NCBI GenBank assembly: GCA_951804945.1
Contig: OX638159.1
Location: forward strand, 62,806,001-62,870,000
DNA: 64,000 bases
Direction of reading: 5' to 3'
Origin: Podarcis cretensis
Taxonomy: Eukaryota
The notes under the pieces are model-generated. The model did not search any database and was not told the origin of the DNA. It worked only from the letters and a program-made list of their open reading frames with translations. The position numbers and the translations under genes were made by a program. This document shows, one piece after another, positions 25,601 through 38,020 of this stretch. Position 1 is the first letter of the stretch. Each line of letters opens with the position of its first letter.

Positions 25601-26288
25601 GTGCTCTTAGTTTGTAACTGGACTTAAACTGCTCAAGTCCAGAGCTTATAACCAGCTCCAGTACTTTTTGCTGGTTCAGTACCCTGCCCCCTGCAGGGGC
25701 TGCCATCTGCCTTCAGGAGCTAGGGCTGCAAATGTGCCCCACTGGCCCAAAAAGGCTGGCGGCCCTTGGACTTGGCAGAAGTTCTACGCCACAGGGGGTG
25801 CGGAGCAGTCCATAGGTCCTAGCTCAATAGGAAAAGCCAGATCTCTTTCTGCCTGGCAGTCACCAGCACCTCCTCTGTTCTATGTGGCATTTATGGTGGA
25901 GCTGGGATATGTTACCCTGGTCAGTGGCCTTTATGGAAGGTGGTCCCTCCCTGTTCTCACCACACCCTTCAACAGTTGAACTGCTGTTTTATAGTTGCTG
26001 GATCAGTGCTCTTTCATCTTCTGTTTTAATCTATTGTTGTGGTTTTTTATGTTTTTTCTATTGTTTTATACGATATGCTCTCTTATTGGGCTTGGTTCCA
26101 GGAAGAAGGCGGGGAGGCAAAATGAAACGTACTTTGTGTGTTGGAAAGCAAAGCACACTATGATCAATGGTTTCACTGTGCTGCTGATCCAGAGATGCCT
26201 TTCAGCTGGGATTTCTCCCCTCTAGGCCCCACGAGAAGGGAAGGGTGCCTGGAGGATTCGCCACCTTTAGGGAAGCACAGCAGGTTTA

Positions 26289-26550
<262 letters not shown>

Positions 26551-27989
26551 CAAAAACATTTCTCATGGATGAGGGAGTGGGAAGGAGGGGCGGGGGAGAA
26601 ATGAAGTCAAACACATTATTCTGTGCAAATCTGATTTAGCTGTCCAGGTAAGAAATCAGAGCAAAATACATGAGCCATACAGCAAGAAGATGGACTCTTT
26701 CAGATTGTCTAGAGAGAATAAGTTATAACTACATAAACAAAATATTCATCTCCTTTCATCTAGATTCCTGACTAAATGCGAGAACCCTGCTACATGGGCC
26801 AAATATTACTGAGTTTTGCCTTGCAATTTGGGCCATGTAGAGATTGCCTTAATTTATACAAATCCTCCCTCTACAGGGCTTTGCACAACATGCTCATTCT
26901 CCCACAAGCCACCAGTTTCTGGTGCCCAATCTTCCCATGCCTCCAACACACAACATTGGGTGTTTGCCTGGTCAAATAATGAACCATCTTTTAAGCATTC
27001 CCTTTAAACAAAAAACAATATGATGTAATCATCAGCATCCTAGACAATTCAGCATCCTAGACAAACAAAACTAGACAATTGTTCTTGTGAAGCAATTAAA
27101 TTAACTTTCAATGAAATTATCGGAACCTTTAACAATATGTTTCTACAAATGTGAATGGTGAATAGGCCTTTCTCCCTACTGGCTTTTATCCCAGAAAACC
27201 AGGATCCAATGTTACCTTTTTAAAAAACGATGAAATTAAAAACAGGAAGTAAAGTAATAGCAATTAACAACAGAGTACACAGCAAGCCCATTTTTAAGGA
27301 CAGTTGTGCTAGGGAGGCAGCAAGCCAATTCTTTTTTTCCCTCTTTTTTCCCCATTTTATTTATTTATTAACATTCTTATACTACATCAGTAAACATTGT
27401 CATATTACGTTACAGAACTTACTATAATATAATTTCCAACATGCATACAAAAATTATATGCAAATTTTATATACCTAAAAAGAAAATGAAACAAAAAAGA
27501 AAGAAAGAAAGAACAAAGAAAAAAACTAATTTTTCAAAGCCAATTCTACAGTCAACATCAACACCTTGTTTTGTGTAAAAAAAACAAGATGTGAGTCATG
27601 GGCAATCCTAGGCTATTTGTGTTCAGAGGTGCCTGCTGTTATAGCAGGGGACCAGCAGGAGATGTTTTGCTACTCTGTTAGGTCTGCACCCAATTCCTGT
27701 AGGACCGGGGGTTTGGGGGAGTAATTCCCGCTCCTTGTGAACAAATATCACCATAACAAAACGCTAAAAGGCAAGTTGGCACCTACACAGTGGCACTCTG
27801 TTTCATGGGATACTGACCAGGCAATTGGCCAGGGTGCCAGTCCTCCCAGAATAACTCTTTTTTGGCCTGCCACATGTGCAGAGCAGACAATTCCATCAGG
27901 GAAATGTGCTGAAATTCCGACTACTGACAGCACTCCCTCAACTATACATACTCCCATCCAATATTTAAGATCATATTATATTCAGACTT

Positions 27990-28800
27990 GGTAAACTACA
28001 CTGGCTCCAAGTTTCTTTCCGGGCCTAATTCAAAGTGCTGGTTCTGACCGCTAAAGCCCTCCATGGCTCAAGACCAGGGTAGGTGAAGGGTCACTTGTCA
28101 TCAGAAGCTCTTTTACAGGTGTCTCTGCCATTGGTCCGTGGGACGCAGGTGGCGCTGTGGGTTAAAGCCTCAGCGCCTAGGGCTTGCCGATCGAAAGGTC
28201 AGCGGTTCGAATCCCTGCGGCGGGGTGCGCTCCCGCTGCTCGGTCCCAGCGCCTGCCAACCTAGCAGTTCGAAAGCACCTCGGGTGCAAGTAGATAAATA
28301 GGGACCGCTTACCAGCGGGAAGGTAAACGGCGTTTCCGTGTGCGGCTCTGGCTCTGGCTCTGGCTCTGGCCAGAGCAGCGATGTCTCCGGACAGCGCTGG
28401 CCCCTGGCCTCTTGAGTGAGATGGGCGCACAACCCCAGAGTCTGTCAAGACTGGCCAGTACGGGCAGGGGTACCTTTACCTTTACCTTTACTGCCATTGG
28501 TCCAGCAGGTTAATACGTAGCAGAACCTTTTCGGTGCTGGCACCCTGACTTTGGAATGTTCTCCCCAAACAAATGCACCAGGCGCCTAATTTATTGTTCT
28601 TCCAATGCCAGGCAAAGGCCTTTTTAGTCTCCCACACTTCTAATCTATGCTGATTTGTTCCATCCTGACTCAGGTCTTACATTCTTACAATGCTTCTACG
28701 AATCTGCTGTTTTTATTCTAAGGCATGTTAACCCCCTCCTTAGTTTTATTGTAACTTATCATGAAAATGTGATTGAACAGTGGGGGTATAAATGGCAACA
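27990..28800 (+). mobile_element. Old L2 3' fragment interrupted by a Sauria SINE
   Basis: ctacactggctccaagtttctttccgggcctaattcaaagtgctggtt...aaagccctccatggc (LHWL..FKVL..KAL); resumes after 28503. Confidence 0.7.
28140..28490 (+). mobile_element. Sauria SINE (Squam1)
   Basis: GGGACGCAGGTGGCGCTGTGGGTTAAA...GGTTCGAATCC head, (ACCTTT)n tail, 13-bp TSD CTGCCATTGGTCC; internal (CTCTGG)n expansion. Confidence 0.95.
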
Positions 28801-29734
28801 AACTGTTCAGACATTTCTGCCACCATCTTGGCTGCTCTCTGATTGGCAGAAAGTGGATGCAAAGTGCAGGATGGGTGGGACATCATAATTCAACAAAAGA
28901 AAGCAAGGGAGACCGGAGACGGAGACAGAGACGGTGGTGATAAAAACAGGCAGAATGAGCTCAGAGATGCAAACGAGGTAAGTGTGGATGATTTATTCAA
29001 CAGCGGCCGGCATGGTCATCAATTTGCCTGACTACAATCCCAAACGCAAAGCCTTTCGCAAACTCCCCATGGCTCATATGCAGGCGCAGCCTGGCAGGCC
29101 TTTCAGAGACCGACGACAAGTTTTGGACAGTGATCTAGAGACGCAGCAAACTGTGGCATTTGCAAGGATATTAGCAAAAGCGCCCTGCCTTGCTTGCAGC
29201 ATTGAAATTCCAGGAGGAGATGAATCGGCTCTTCACCTGTCACTGTGCGATTCCGTCCCTTGCTCATTTAACATGGTAAACCATTTCCTTAGCGTTCCCC
29301 CCCCCCCACTTTCCCCTCCCCACCTCTCTGCTTTTAATTATGCATACAGACAGGGCAAGGGCTCGCTGTCCAGAGTCCTCCAAATAAAGGCTTTAACAAG
29401 ATGCCACTGGTAAGGGAGCAAACACACACACACACCCTTTCTAGTCCGCAAACAGCACAGACTTGCTTTAACTTTTTCCTACGATCCAAGTAGTGTGTGT
29501 GTGTACTGTTGAAAATGGTGCCCGAGGTTACCCATCATGTAAACTATTTGTTATTTTAAATAGGACACACACACACTGTTCAGTTTCCAAAGGAGCTCAA
29601 GGTTACTCACAACACCGCCATCACCCCCCCCCCCCAAAACTCACATTAAAATACATAACAATCCCCAATAAAATCACTGATGTTAACGTCAAATCTAAGG
29701 CCCCATAAACGAATACTGAAACAGTCATGAAAGC

Positions 29735-29871
29735 CAGGGCTTTTTTTCAGCTGGAACTTGCCGGAACTGAGTTCTGGCACCTCTTAGGTGGGCGCCATTG
29801 CCATTCTAAGAGAAAGAGAGAGGTATTCATGGTGAATCCTGGCCACCTCTTTTTCTAGAAAAATGGCACTG
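29735..29871. mobile_element. Short non-autonomous hAT MITE
   Basis: CAGGGCTTTTTTTC...GAAAAATGGCACTG termini; 8-bp TSD atgaaagc/atgcaagc. Confidence 0.75.
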
Positions 29872-30544
29872 ATGCAAGCCAAGCATCAACAAAAAGAACT
29901 ACATAGGTTAGGAGCTTATTATGCTTTGTTGTCAACCCTAAAATGGCTAAGAGTTGGCTCAACCAAGTTTTCAGGAGGCAAGCGAATAAATCAGAGATCA
30001 AGAAGTAACTTGTTGTCTGAGATGGTCACACAAATGCCATTTTTAGGGGCTACAGTGGTTGTAATCAACTGCCCTTCTCCTTGTTCTGCTCACATCCACT
30101 GCACCGGCAACTCTTCTGGGTTCCTGCCCCTCCTTATCACAAGATATACGACAAGACCAGCCTGGGCTGTCCAATACCCACAGCCAGAGAAGCTTGTCAA
30201 AACAGCAGGCACGTGGTCCCCTTATTCTGCAGCTGCCTGGGTTGGCAACCTCTAGCTTGTGTCTATGCACCGAACCAAACAGTGCTTTCATACATACAGA
30301 AATCCAGCAAAGCAGGTAACTACAGAAGAAGGGAGCCGTTCAAGTGAAGTTGGAGGGCTTCTTTCTCGGTGCTCAAGAAGGGCAGAGAGGCTTGCTAGGA
30401 GGTGGCAAAAACCTATGGCTACCTAGATTTGGGGTGTCACCCTCATCCCCTTCCCAAGTGCACACTTGCTTCCCCATGTGCAGTCTGGCAATGCAAGGAA
30501 CGGATGGGAACTGCTATCCGCAGGGTGGGGGGCCCTGTGGGGAA

Positions 30545-31819
30545 CTCCTGCACGGCTCCCCACGCTGCGGATGTCTGTCCGGCGCGCGGGGCGCTCTGGT
30601 TCAGGGAGCCCCGCCTGCCGGGCGGCAGGCTGCAGACACCTGCGCGAAGCACGGGGCGTCCTCCGGAGGGTGCCCCATGCTGCCGGCTGCCGCCCGCAAG
30701 CCGTGCACGCCGGGGGGGAGTTCCCCCCGGGCGCGCAAGGCTTGCGGACACCTGCGCGAAGCACGGGGCGTCCTCCAAAGGGCGCCCCGTGCTCCGCGCT
30801 GCCGGCTGCCGCCCGCAAGCCCTGCGCGCTGGAGGGAGTACCCCCGGACACGCAAGGCTTGCGGATAGCTTCCTGGAGCCTGGAGAGCCTCCAAAGGGCG
30901 CCCCGTGCTCCGCGGTGCCGGCTGCCGCCCGCAAACCCTGCACGCCGGAGGGAGTATCCCCGGGCGCACAAGGCTTGCGGACACCTGCGCGAAGCACGGG
31001 GCGTCCTCCGGAGGGCGCCCCGTGTTCCGCGCTGCCGGCAGCCTTCCGCAAGCCGTGCACGCCGGGGGGAGTACCCCCGGGCGCGCAAGGCTTGCAGACA
31101 CCTGCGCGAAGCACGGGGTGTCCTCCGGAGGGCGCCCCGTGCTCCGCGCTGCCGGCTGCCGCCCGCAAGCCGGGCGCACCTGGGGGGAGTTTCCCCGGAC
31201 ACGCAAGGCTTGCGGATAGCTTCCTGGAGCCTGGAGAGCCTCCAAAGGGCGCCCCGTGCTCCGCGCTGCCGGCTGCCGCCCGCAAACCCTGCACGGCGGA
31301 GGGAGTACCCCCGGGCGCGCAAGGCTTGCGGACACCTGCGCGAAGCACGGGGCGTCCTCCGGAGGGCGCCCCGTGCTCCGCGCTGCCGGCTGCCGCCCGC
31401 AAGCCCTGCGCACTGGAGGGAGTACCCCCGGGTGCGCAAGGCTTGCGGACACCTGCGCGAAGCACGGGGCGTCCTCCGGAGGGCGCCCCGTGCTCCCGGC
31501 TGCCGCCCGCAAGCCCTGTGCGCCGGAGGGAGTACCCCCGGGCGCGCAAGGCTTGCGGACACCTGCGCGAAGCATGGGGCATCCTCCGGAGGGCGCCCCG
31601 TGCTCAGCGCTGCCGGCTGCGCCTGGGGGGAGTTCCCCCGGGAACGCAAGGCTTGCGGATAGCTTCCTGGAGCCTGGAGAGCGAGAGGCATCGGTGCGCA
31701 CCGACGCCTCTCACTCTCCAGGCTTCAGCGAAAGCCTGCATTCGCCCCATAGGACGCACACACATTTCCCTTTCATTTTTGGAGGGGGAAAAGTGCGTCC
31801 TATAGGGCGAAAAATACAG
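30545..31819. mobile_element. Non-autonomous Tc1/mariner (Tc2/pogo-like) element, left end missing, carrying a GC-rich minisatellite
   Basis: Right terminus ...GTGCGTCCTATAGGGCGAAAAATACAG|TA with subterminal hairpin TTCGCCCCATAGGACGCAC...GTGCGTCCTATAGGGCGAA; no left TIR found. Confidence 0.7.
30626..31680. repeat. GC/CpG-rich minisatellite, ~117-bp unit, about 9.5 copies, two unit variants
   Basis: CAAGGCTTGC anchor at 30736, 30853, 30969, 31086, 31204, 31320, 31437, 31547 and 31647. Confidence 0.95.
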
Positions 31820-31821
31820 TA

Positions 31822-32012
31822 ATTTCTGTCCAACATCATTCTAACATTCATTAATTTTACAGTATTTCTGTAAGTAGTCTTTAAATTTCTTCCAATCTTC
31901 TTCCACCGACTCTTTTCCCTGGTCTCGGATTCTGCCAGTCATTTCTGCCAGTCCCATATAGTCCATCTTCTTCATCTGCCATTCTTCCAGAGTGGGTAGA
32001 TCTTGTGTCTTC
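31822..32012 (-). mobile_element. L1-clade LINE ORF2 C-terminal fragment
   Basis: Minus translation KTQDLPTLEEWQMKKMDYMGLAEMTGRIRDQGKESVEEDWKKFKDYLQKY resembles the end of squamate L1 ORF2. Confidence 0.7.
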
Positions 32013-35000
32013 GAGCACAGGAGTGTGTTGATGGGTGGGTGGCCTCATCTAGTTTATGTATTGCTCCCACCAACACTGCTGGACCCCAGGCCCAAAATGT
32101 GGCCCCCAGAATGTGGCTGAAAGAAACTCCCCACCTCTGTTGTGGACGTTTCCTCTTCCTGGCTTATTTCCTCCAAAAAATGTGGCAAGGAAACCCCAAA
32201 AGGGTTTTCCATTTGATCCAAGTGGGCACACCTGGGAACCTCCTTGAAATCAGTCCGAAAAAGTGAGCCCTTCCAAACGCCTTTGCTTGGCTTGAAACAA
32301 AAGGATGGCACAAGCAAGGTTTTAAAAAAGCTAATTGCATTTCTGAGCCAACAGACGTGGAGCTCAGGCAGTTTTATAGTTCAGTGTGTTTTGTCGCTGT
32401 ACACACACACAAAAAAAGTCTGAAATGATTTGTGGTGGTCTCCCGAGTCTTTGCCAGTGATGATGTATATAAAAAGAATTTTTATGCCAGCTGTAACCAT
32501 CGGTAGTAATGTTTATAGTAGGTGAACATATTAGCCTGGACGCAGGGCATGAATTTTACTCTTGAAAAAGCCTGTTCGTTTATACAGCCCAAGAGTTAAA
32601 TGTCTGCATCTGAAGACAAATGGCAGGAAAATTCATTTAAATCTGAGTTGCGTGGCAAAATATAAGAAGCAGCCAATCTCATGATTATCAAACTCTTGCT
32701 GCTCATTCTACCCGCTCAGCTTTTGAGCACCTCCCACATGCACAAAGAACAATTGTGTTCCTTGAGTTCATTGTTACTTAGTTAGGGGGTCCTTCCCACT
32801 AGGACAAGAAAAACCAACAGGACTGACTGCTGCTTTGCTTTTTGCACCTCCATATCACACCAGAGAAATTACAAAAGCATCCTATACAGCAGAGAAGGCC
32901 CTGTGCAGGAATTATTTCATTAGACCTTGCACTTCCAACATTTTTCCTGATTTCTTTTTTAGTATTTTTAAAGAAATGCAACAGATTTTACTCTGTACAG
33001 TATTGATCTCCTTTGCTTCCCCTAGAAAACTTACTGTGTATTTTCCAGAGGGAAAGCAGCATTTCCATTATGTCCCACCAAAATCACCACAAATAAAGCA
33101 ACTTGACAAAAGCAGAAGTGAAACGCGGGAAGTTAACTTGTGAGATCTTCCTAGCCATTGAGTAGTTATGATATCACAGAACGCTTAGAAACATTCCAAC
33201 AGTTATAAGGAGTTTTAACTTGAGTGATGAGTGGCAAAGAAGTGAGATGGCAGCATTACTGCAACGACGATCAAAGATCAGGCAGAGTCTGCAGATGGCC
33301 TGAGATAAGTGTAGTAGGGTAACCAACACAGAGATAGCAATGCAGAAACATAACTGCATTATTTGGGGAGGGGGTGTAACACAGAGTGATGTCATATGTT
33401 CCCAAAGCATTGTATCATGGCAGCTTTCATAACTCTGGAATAAATGTCTAGTTCACTAGAGGGTATATTCTCAAACTCAATATGAGTAACTAAGCGTGCT
33501 TCAGCTGGGAGAGTCAGTGGAAATAAACAGCCAGAAGCTTTTGTTGCTCATAGCAGGAGAAGCTGACCTAGCTTGGAAGCTCTGATTGTGGGAGACAGGG
33601 AGGGGGCTTGTCAGATTACCCATAATTTCAATCTTAGGGATGCTCAGGAGATCCGTGTAAATTTGGCTAGGCTTCTTGCAGTTGTCTTCTTAGTGCCAAT
33701 GGCTATTGAACATGATGCCCAACACACTTCTGGACAGAGAAGAATTTAAACCTGGTTCTCCCATGTCCAAACCCTCCAAAATATCTGATGCATCGTGATA
33801 GCTTCTGCCAAATGCAAAAGGTTTTTCTCTTTTCAACGGTCTAGGCTTAGTACTCCAAGAATTCACTTGTCCAATAATGACAAAACACATCCTCCAAGCA
33901 ACCATATACATTATTAAGAGTTTTACTTTTTCCAAATTTGTGGAAGAGTTTTCATGCAAGCTGTCGCGAAATACATAAACAGAGAGCAAACCTGGGTTTA
34001 AATGATGCACGAGCTCCAAGAAGCTCCCATCACTTCCCTAGACTAGACAGTCCCAAACATCACACACCACCTGGCACATGCTGTGTGCACTTTCGGAAGC
34101 CCAGAAACAATGACCACGGGGGTACCTGCCTGAATTATGGCTGAGGAAAAGGGTAAAGCCAAGCAACTTCCCTGCCGAGTTTATTAGCTAAAATCTGAAG
34201 GTGCGGCAAAGACAGAAAGTAATAAAATGTTTTATGAACAACTTTACTTCTCGTGTTCTAATACTGCGGAGCTTATGTGGACTATTTAGCTCAAGCAAGC
34301 GAAGGATCTGCTAGGAAACTTCCCACAAGGCCCTTCTTTAATAAAGAAAAGGTTCTGCTCAAGCTGTGAACTCCAGGAAAGTCAATGTCCTCTGGAGAAT
34401 TGGGGTGTTCAGCAAAGTGGGCTGCAGAAACATAAAAGGAGAGGTGCAAGGCAGAAATGTATCCCATTTCTGTCCAGCGAGAAGCTAGGAACTGGAGATT
34501 TGAATAGCTTAATGCTAGCAAGCAGTTAGCCAGTCAATTAAACCAAGGTGCAAGTGTGAACAGAGAAGGGAAAAGGTCACCACGCCTGCAGAAGTTAAGC
34601 CACTCACTTCTGTTTGAAGTGTTGTCATTCTATTGTTGAACAGTATAGCTTTCATATAAAGGAATGGCTAATACATTCCCATTGTGTTTGAAAGGAAATT
34701 AAATTTACATTCTTTGGGAATATGGTATCATAATTAGTTCATGACTTGATTACACTTTGAAGTGAGCTGGGATGGCACATGGCGCATACAAATGAGCCAC
34801 GCGGAGGTTACCTGCCTTAAAGAAAAAAGGCACCAGCACTCCAAACAAAGGGAAAGATTCCCAGCTTTCAGCTGGCGCAGCCAGGATATCAAATTCAAAT
34901 GTTTTCTGCTCCCATCTGGCATCAATAAGGCCACAGGAACTTAAAGATGCAGCCTCCTAATCAGCTGAATGAGTTGTTTGGAAAACTAATCCCTCCATCT

Positions 35001-35581
35001 CCACCCATACCACCTGCACAGTAGTTGCTAAAATTGATTTTAAAAGCAATGAAAAACACTAAGCTCCTTACATCGGTCAAAATTGCCGATATGATTTATT
35101 TCCACAAACAAGATGGAAATTTCATGAACTACCGAAGGGAGATTTACATGCCATTGCTCCTTTAGCAACCTGAATTTGTTTGCCAAGATGTTGTTGAAAA
35201 TAACATATTTAAACCACCACCAAAAACACAGAGGGCAGTAGAGAATCACAAGATTGCAGAGACTGCTTCCAAACCAAATTACTGAAGGAAAATTCAAATT
35301 AGTCACTGCAACCTATTCACTTTTGCATGAAGGCAAAATGGTTGTTCAAGCCTTCTTCTTTTTTTAACTGTGCCCAGGCTTCCAAAGAAAACTCTTGAAT
35401 CCCTGGAATGGCTGTACCAAACTCTGGTCACCATTTTGCTTGACACTGCCAAAGCCACCTCCCTTTCCTTAATGTTCCTTACAAAAGTGTTTGCTTTTAC
35501 ATTAACTCACCCTCACTCAAAATCACTCTCTATTGCCTTTATTTGCCAACAGGGGCACAATCATGTCATCAATCTTGAGTA

Positions 35582-35916
35582 CAGTGGTGCCCCGCAAGAC
35601 GAACGCCTCGCAAGACGGAAAACCCGCTAGACGAAAGGGTTTTCCGTTTTGGAGGCGCTTCGCAAAATGAATTTCCCTATGGGCTTGCTTCACAAGACAA
35701 AAATGTCTTGCGAGTTCCTGTGGGTTTTTCCCCCTTTTCCCCCCCTTTTCCTAAGCCGCTAAGCCGCTTATCAGCTGATCCGCTGATAAGCCGCTTAACA
35801 GCTGATCACTAAAAGCCGCTAAACCGCTAATAGCGCTAATCTGCTAAGCTGACGAAAAAACCGCTATACGAAGAGCCTCACAGAACGGATTAATTTCATC
35901 TTGCGAGGCACCACTG
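35582..35916 (+). mobile_element. pogo/Tigger-like MITE family A, copy 2
   Basis: Same TIRs and body as 7394-7776; TA TSD. Confidence 0.9.
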
Positions 35917-35947
35917 TACCTGCATCCACTCACAGGACTAGCCACCT

Positions 35948-36033
35948 GTCATGGATGCTTTAGTTGAGGTTCTTGCATCGCAGGGGGTTGGACTAGATGA
36001 CCCTCGGATCCCTTCCGACTCTGCAATTCTATG
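35948..36033 (+). mobile_element. CR1 3' terminal fragment
   Basis: gcagggggttggactagatgaccctcggatcccttccgactctgcaattctatg. Confidence 0.78.
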
Positions 36034-36317
36034 TTGCTGTGACTTTGCTCATTAATATCTAGGGACAGCATCGCATGAGACACGCAGTCGTGAATTCCCA
36101 ATAACTCCCTAGGATCACCCAGAGGAAAGAGTGGTGCTAAACATATTGATGACACTACACTCCAAACTTCCTGGTGCATCTCCAGGGCTTCATATGGATG
36201 TCAAATACCATGGGGAACAAGATGGAATCCTGTGGAACCCCACAGAGTAACTCAGGATGTGAGCAACATCACAGGAAGGGTGCTTTGAGGATGAGGGTGA
36301 AACTGAGACGCTCCCTT

Positions 36318-36369
36318 GTTATATTTGCTGTTATATTTGTTGTTATATTTGCTGTTATATTTGTTGTTA
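36318..36369. repeat. 12-bp tandem repeat (GTTATATTTG(C/T)T) x4
   Basis: Seen directly in the sequence. Confidence 0.9.
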
Positions 36370-36458
36370 CAGTTCTAGTATGGGAACATGTGTTTTTTGT
36401 ATGTTATTTTATTTGTGATTGTTTTGCTATGTTATTATAGAGTTGTTTTTGTGGTGTA

Positions 36459-36586
36459 NNNNNNNNNNNNNNNNNNNNNNNNNNNNNNNNNNNNNNNNNN
36501 NNNNNNNNNNNNNNNNNNNNNNNNNNNNNNNNNNNNNNNNNNNNNNNNNNNNNNNNNNNNNNNNNNNNNNNNNNNNNNNNNNNNNN
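36459..36586. other. Assembly gap (128 N)
   Basis: Run of N. Confidence 1.
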
Positions 36587-36727
36587 GAATGAATGAACTC
36601 CTATGGTGCCAAATAATAGCCTCACGTAACTATTTTCTGGAAATGGCCTTAGGAAGTAGCAGTGGAGCCACTGAAGCACAATGTCCCCGACACCCACTTC
36701 CCTGAAATGCTCCAGAATTGTCAACAG

Positions 36728-36953
36728 CATGGGTAGGCAAACTAAGGCCCGGGGGCTGGATCCAGCCCAATCACCTTCTAAATCCGGCCCGTAGACAGTC
36801 CGGAAATCAGCGTGTTTTTACATGAGTAGAATGTGTGCTTTTATTTAAAATGCATCTCTGGGTGATTTGTGGGGCCTGCCTGGTGTTTTTACATGAGTAC
36901 AATGTGTGCTTTTATTTAAAAGGAATTCTGATGGGAAAGTTTGCAGACCCATG
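36728..36953. mobile_element. Non-autonomous hAT (Charlie-like) element
   Basis: TIR CATGGGTAGGCAAACT...AGTTTGCAGACCCATG; perfect 8-bp TSD GTCAACAG; internal direct duplication of gtgtttttacatgagta(g/c)aatgtgtgcttttatttaaaa. Confidence 0.9.
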
Positions 36954-37048
36954 GTCAACAGTATCGAAAGTCACCAAAAGATCAAGGAGAGTGAGCAGGC
37001 CTGAATCTGGACTTCTGAGCTGGAGTTTTCTGGAACCAGAAGAGAATA

Positions 37049-37438
37049 CAGTGGTGCCTCGCAAGACGAAAAGAATCCGTTCCGCGAGTCTCTTCGTCTT
37101 GCGGTTTTTTCGTCTTGCGAAGCAAGCCCATTAGCGGATTAGCGGATTAGCGCTATTAGCGGCTTAGCGGATCAGCTGATAAGCGGCTTAGCGGATAAGC
37201 TGATAAGAGGTTTAGTGGATCAGCTGATAAGCGGCTTAGCTGCTTAGCGGATCAGCTGATAAGCGGCTTAGCGGCTTAGAAAAAGGGGGTGGAAACCCGC
37301 AGGAACTCGCAAGACATTTTCGTCTTGCTAAGCAAGCCCATAGGGAAATTCGTTTTGCGAAGCACCTCCAAAACGGAAAACCCTTTTGTCTAGCAGGTTT
37401 TCCGTCTTGCGAGGCATTCGTCTTGCGGGGCACCACTG
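37049..37438 (-). mobile_element. pogo/Tigger-like MITE family A, copy 3 (inverted)
   Basis: Reverse complement of the family A body; TA TSD. Confidence 0.9.
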
Positions 37439-37854
37439 TAGTGCAACATTCTTGGTCAGGGCAGGAACCAACACAATGGGAGCCTCTTGTAAGAATGCTT
37501 GTGGTTAGTAGGGACATCTGGGGCTGGCCCTGAGGGCAGTACGTTCTCCCACTCCATATCCCTGGCCTCATTTCCCAAAATGCAGAAGTGGGGGGCTTCC
37601 CTCCCAACATTCGCAATGTCCCAAAGACCTCCCCAGCTCTTCTGATATACCTTAAATTCACAGTCCCTGTTCTGTTTAGCAACATGGATATGGTGATATT
37701 TTCCTTGCTGCCCTGGGGCTTGGCTGACTGCAGGTTGTCCACCTAGGCTGAATAGCAACAGTTGTTCAGAAAGCTAAAAGGCAGAGACAGAGGAATACAG
37801 ACTCAGCAAGGACGGATGCAGACAGAAGATGGCTGATTTTCTCTCTCACACAGG

Positions 37855-38020
37855 ATCACACCCCAGTTGCAGAACACAGGTTTTGGGCGTACAAGATCCC
37901 ATGTTGAATCCTTGGCAGCTCCGCCTAAGAAGCATCTCAGGCAACTGGTGCTGAGAAATAGCTTTTTCCCTTTGGCTCTGAACAGCCACTGCCAGTTAGA
38001 GAACACAGAATTGGCCAGAA
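37855..38020 (+). mobile_element. Old tRNA-derived SINE
   Basis: cagttgcagaacacaggttttgggcgtacaagatcccatgttgaatccttggc...agccactgccagttagag; similar to the 21810 family. Confidence 0.5.

Larger units (their letters stand above)
36040..36995 (-). mobile_element. Old L2 RT fragment interrupted by two insertions
   Basis: Minus strand gives LLDLLVTFDTVD (~36960), ILEHFREVGVGDIVLQWL (~36700) and CGVPQDSILFP (~36240), colinear with the L2 RT. Confidence 0.7.

Noticed and set aside
28140-28215. tRNA-like A and B boxes
   Set aside because: These are SINE heads, not tRNA genes; there is no complete cloverleaf.
30626-31680. CRISPR-like repeat-spacer appearance
   Set aside because: The units repeat in full with no unique spacers, the context is eukaryotic, and there are no cas genes.
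30402-31805. Long ORFs (366-467 aa) in several frames on both strands
   Set aside because: An artefact of a stop-poor, GC-rich tandem repeat whose ~117-bp unit is a multiple of 3. The products are low-complexity and show no splice or domain evidence.
34883-34890. ATATCCT on the minus strand as a possible U12 donor (similar site near 44476)
   Set aside because: The context is ATATCCTGG or ATATCCTC rather than ATATCCTT, the adjacent sequence does not encode the expected upstream hinderin exon, and the second site lies inside a LINE.
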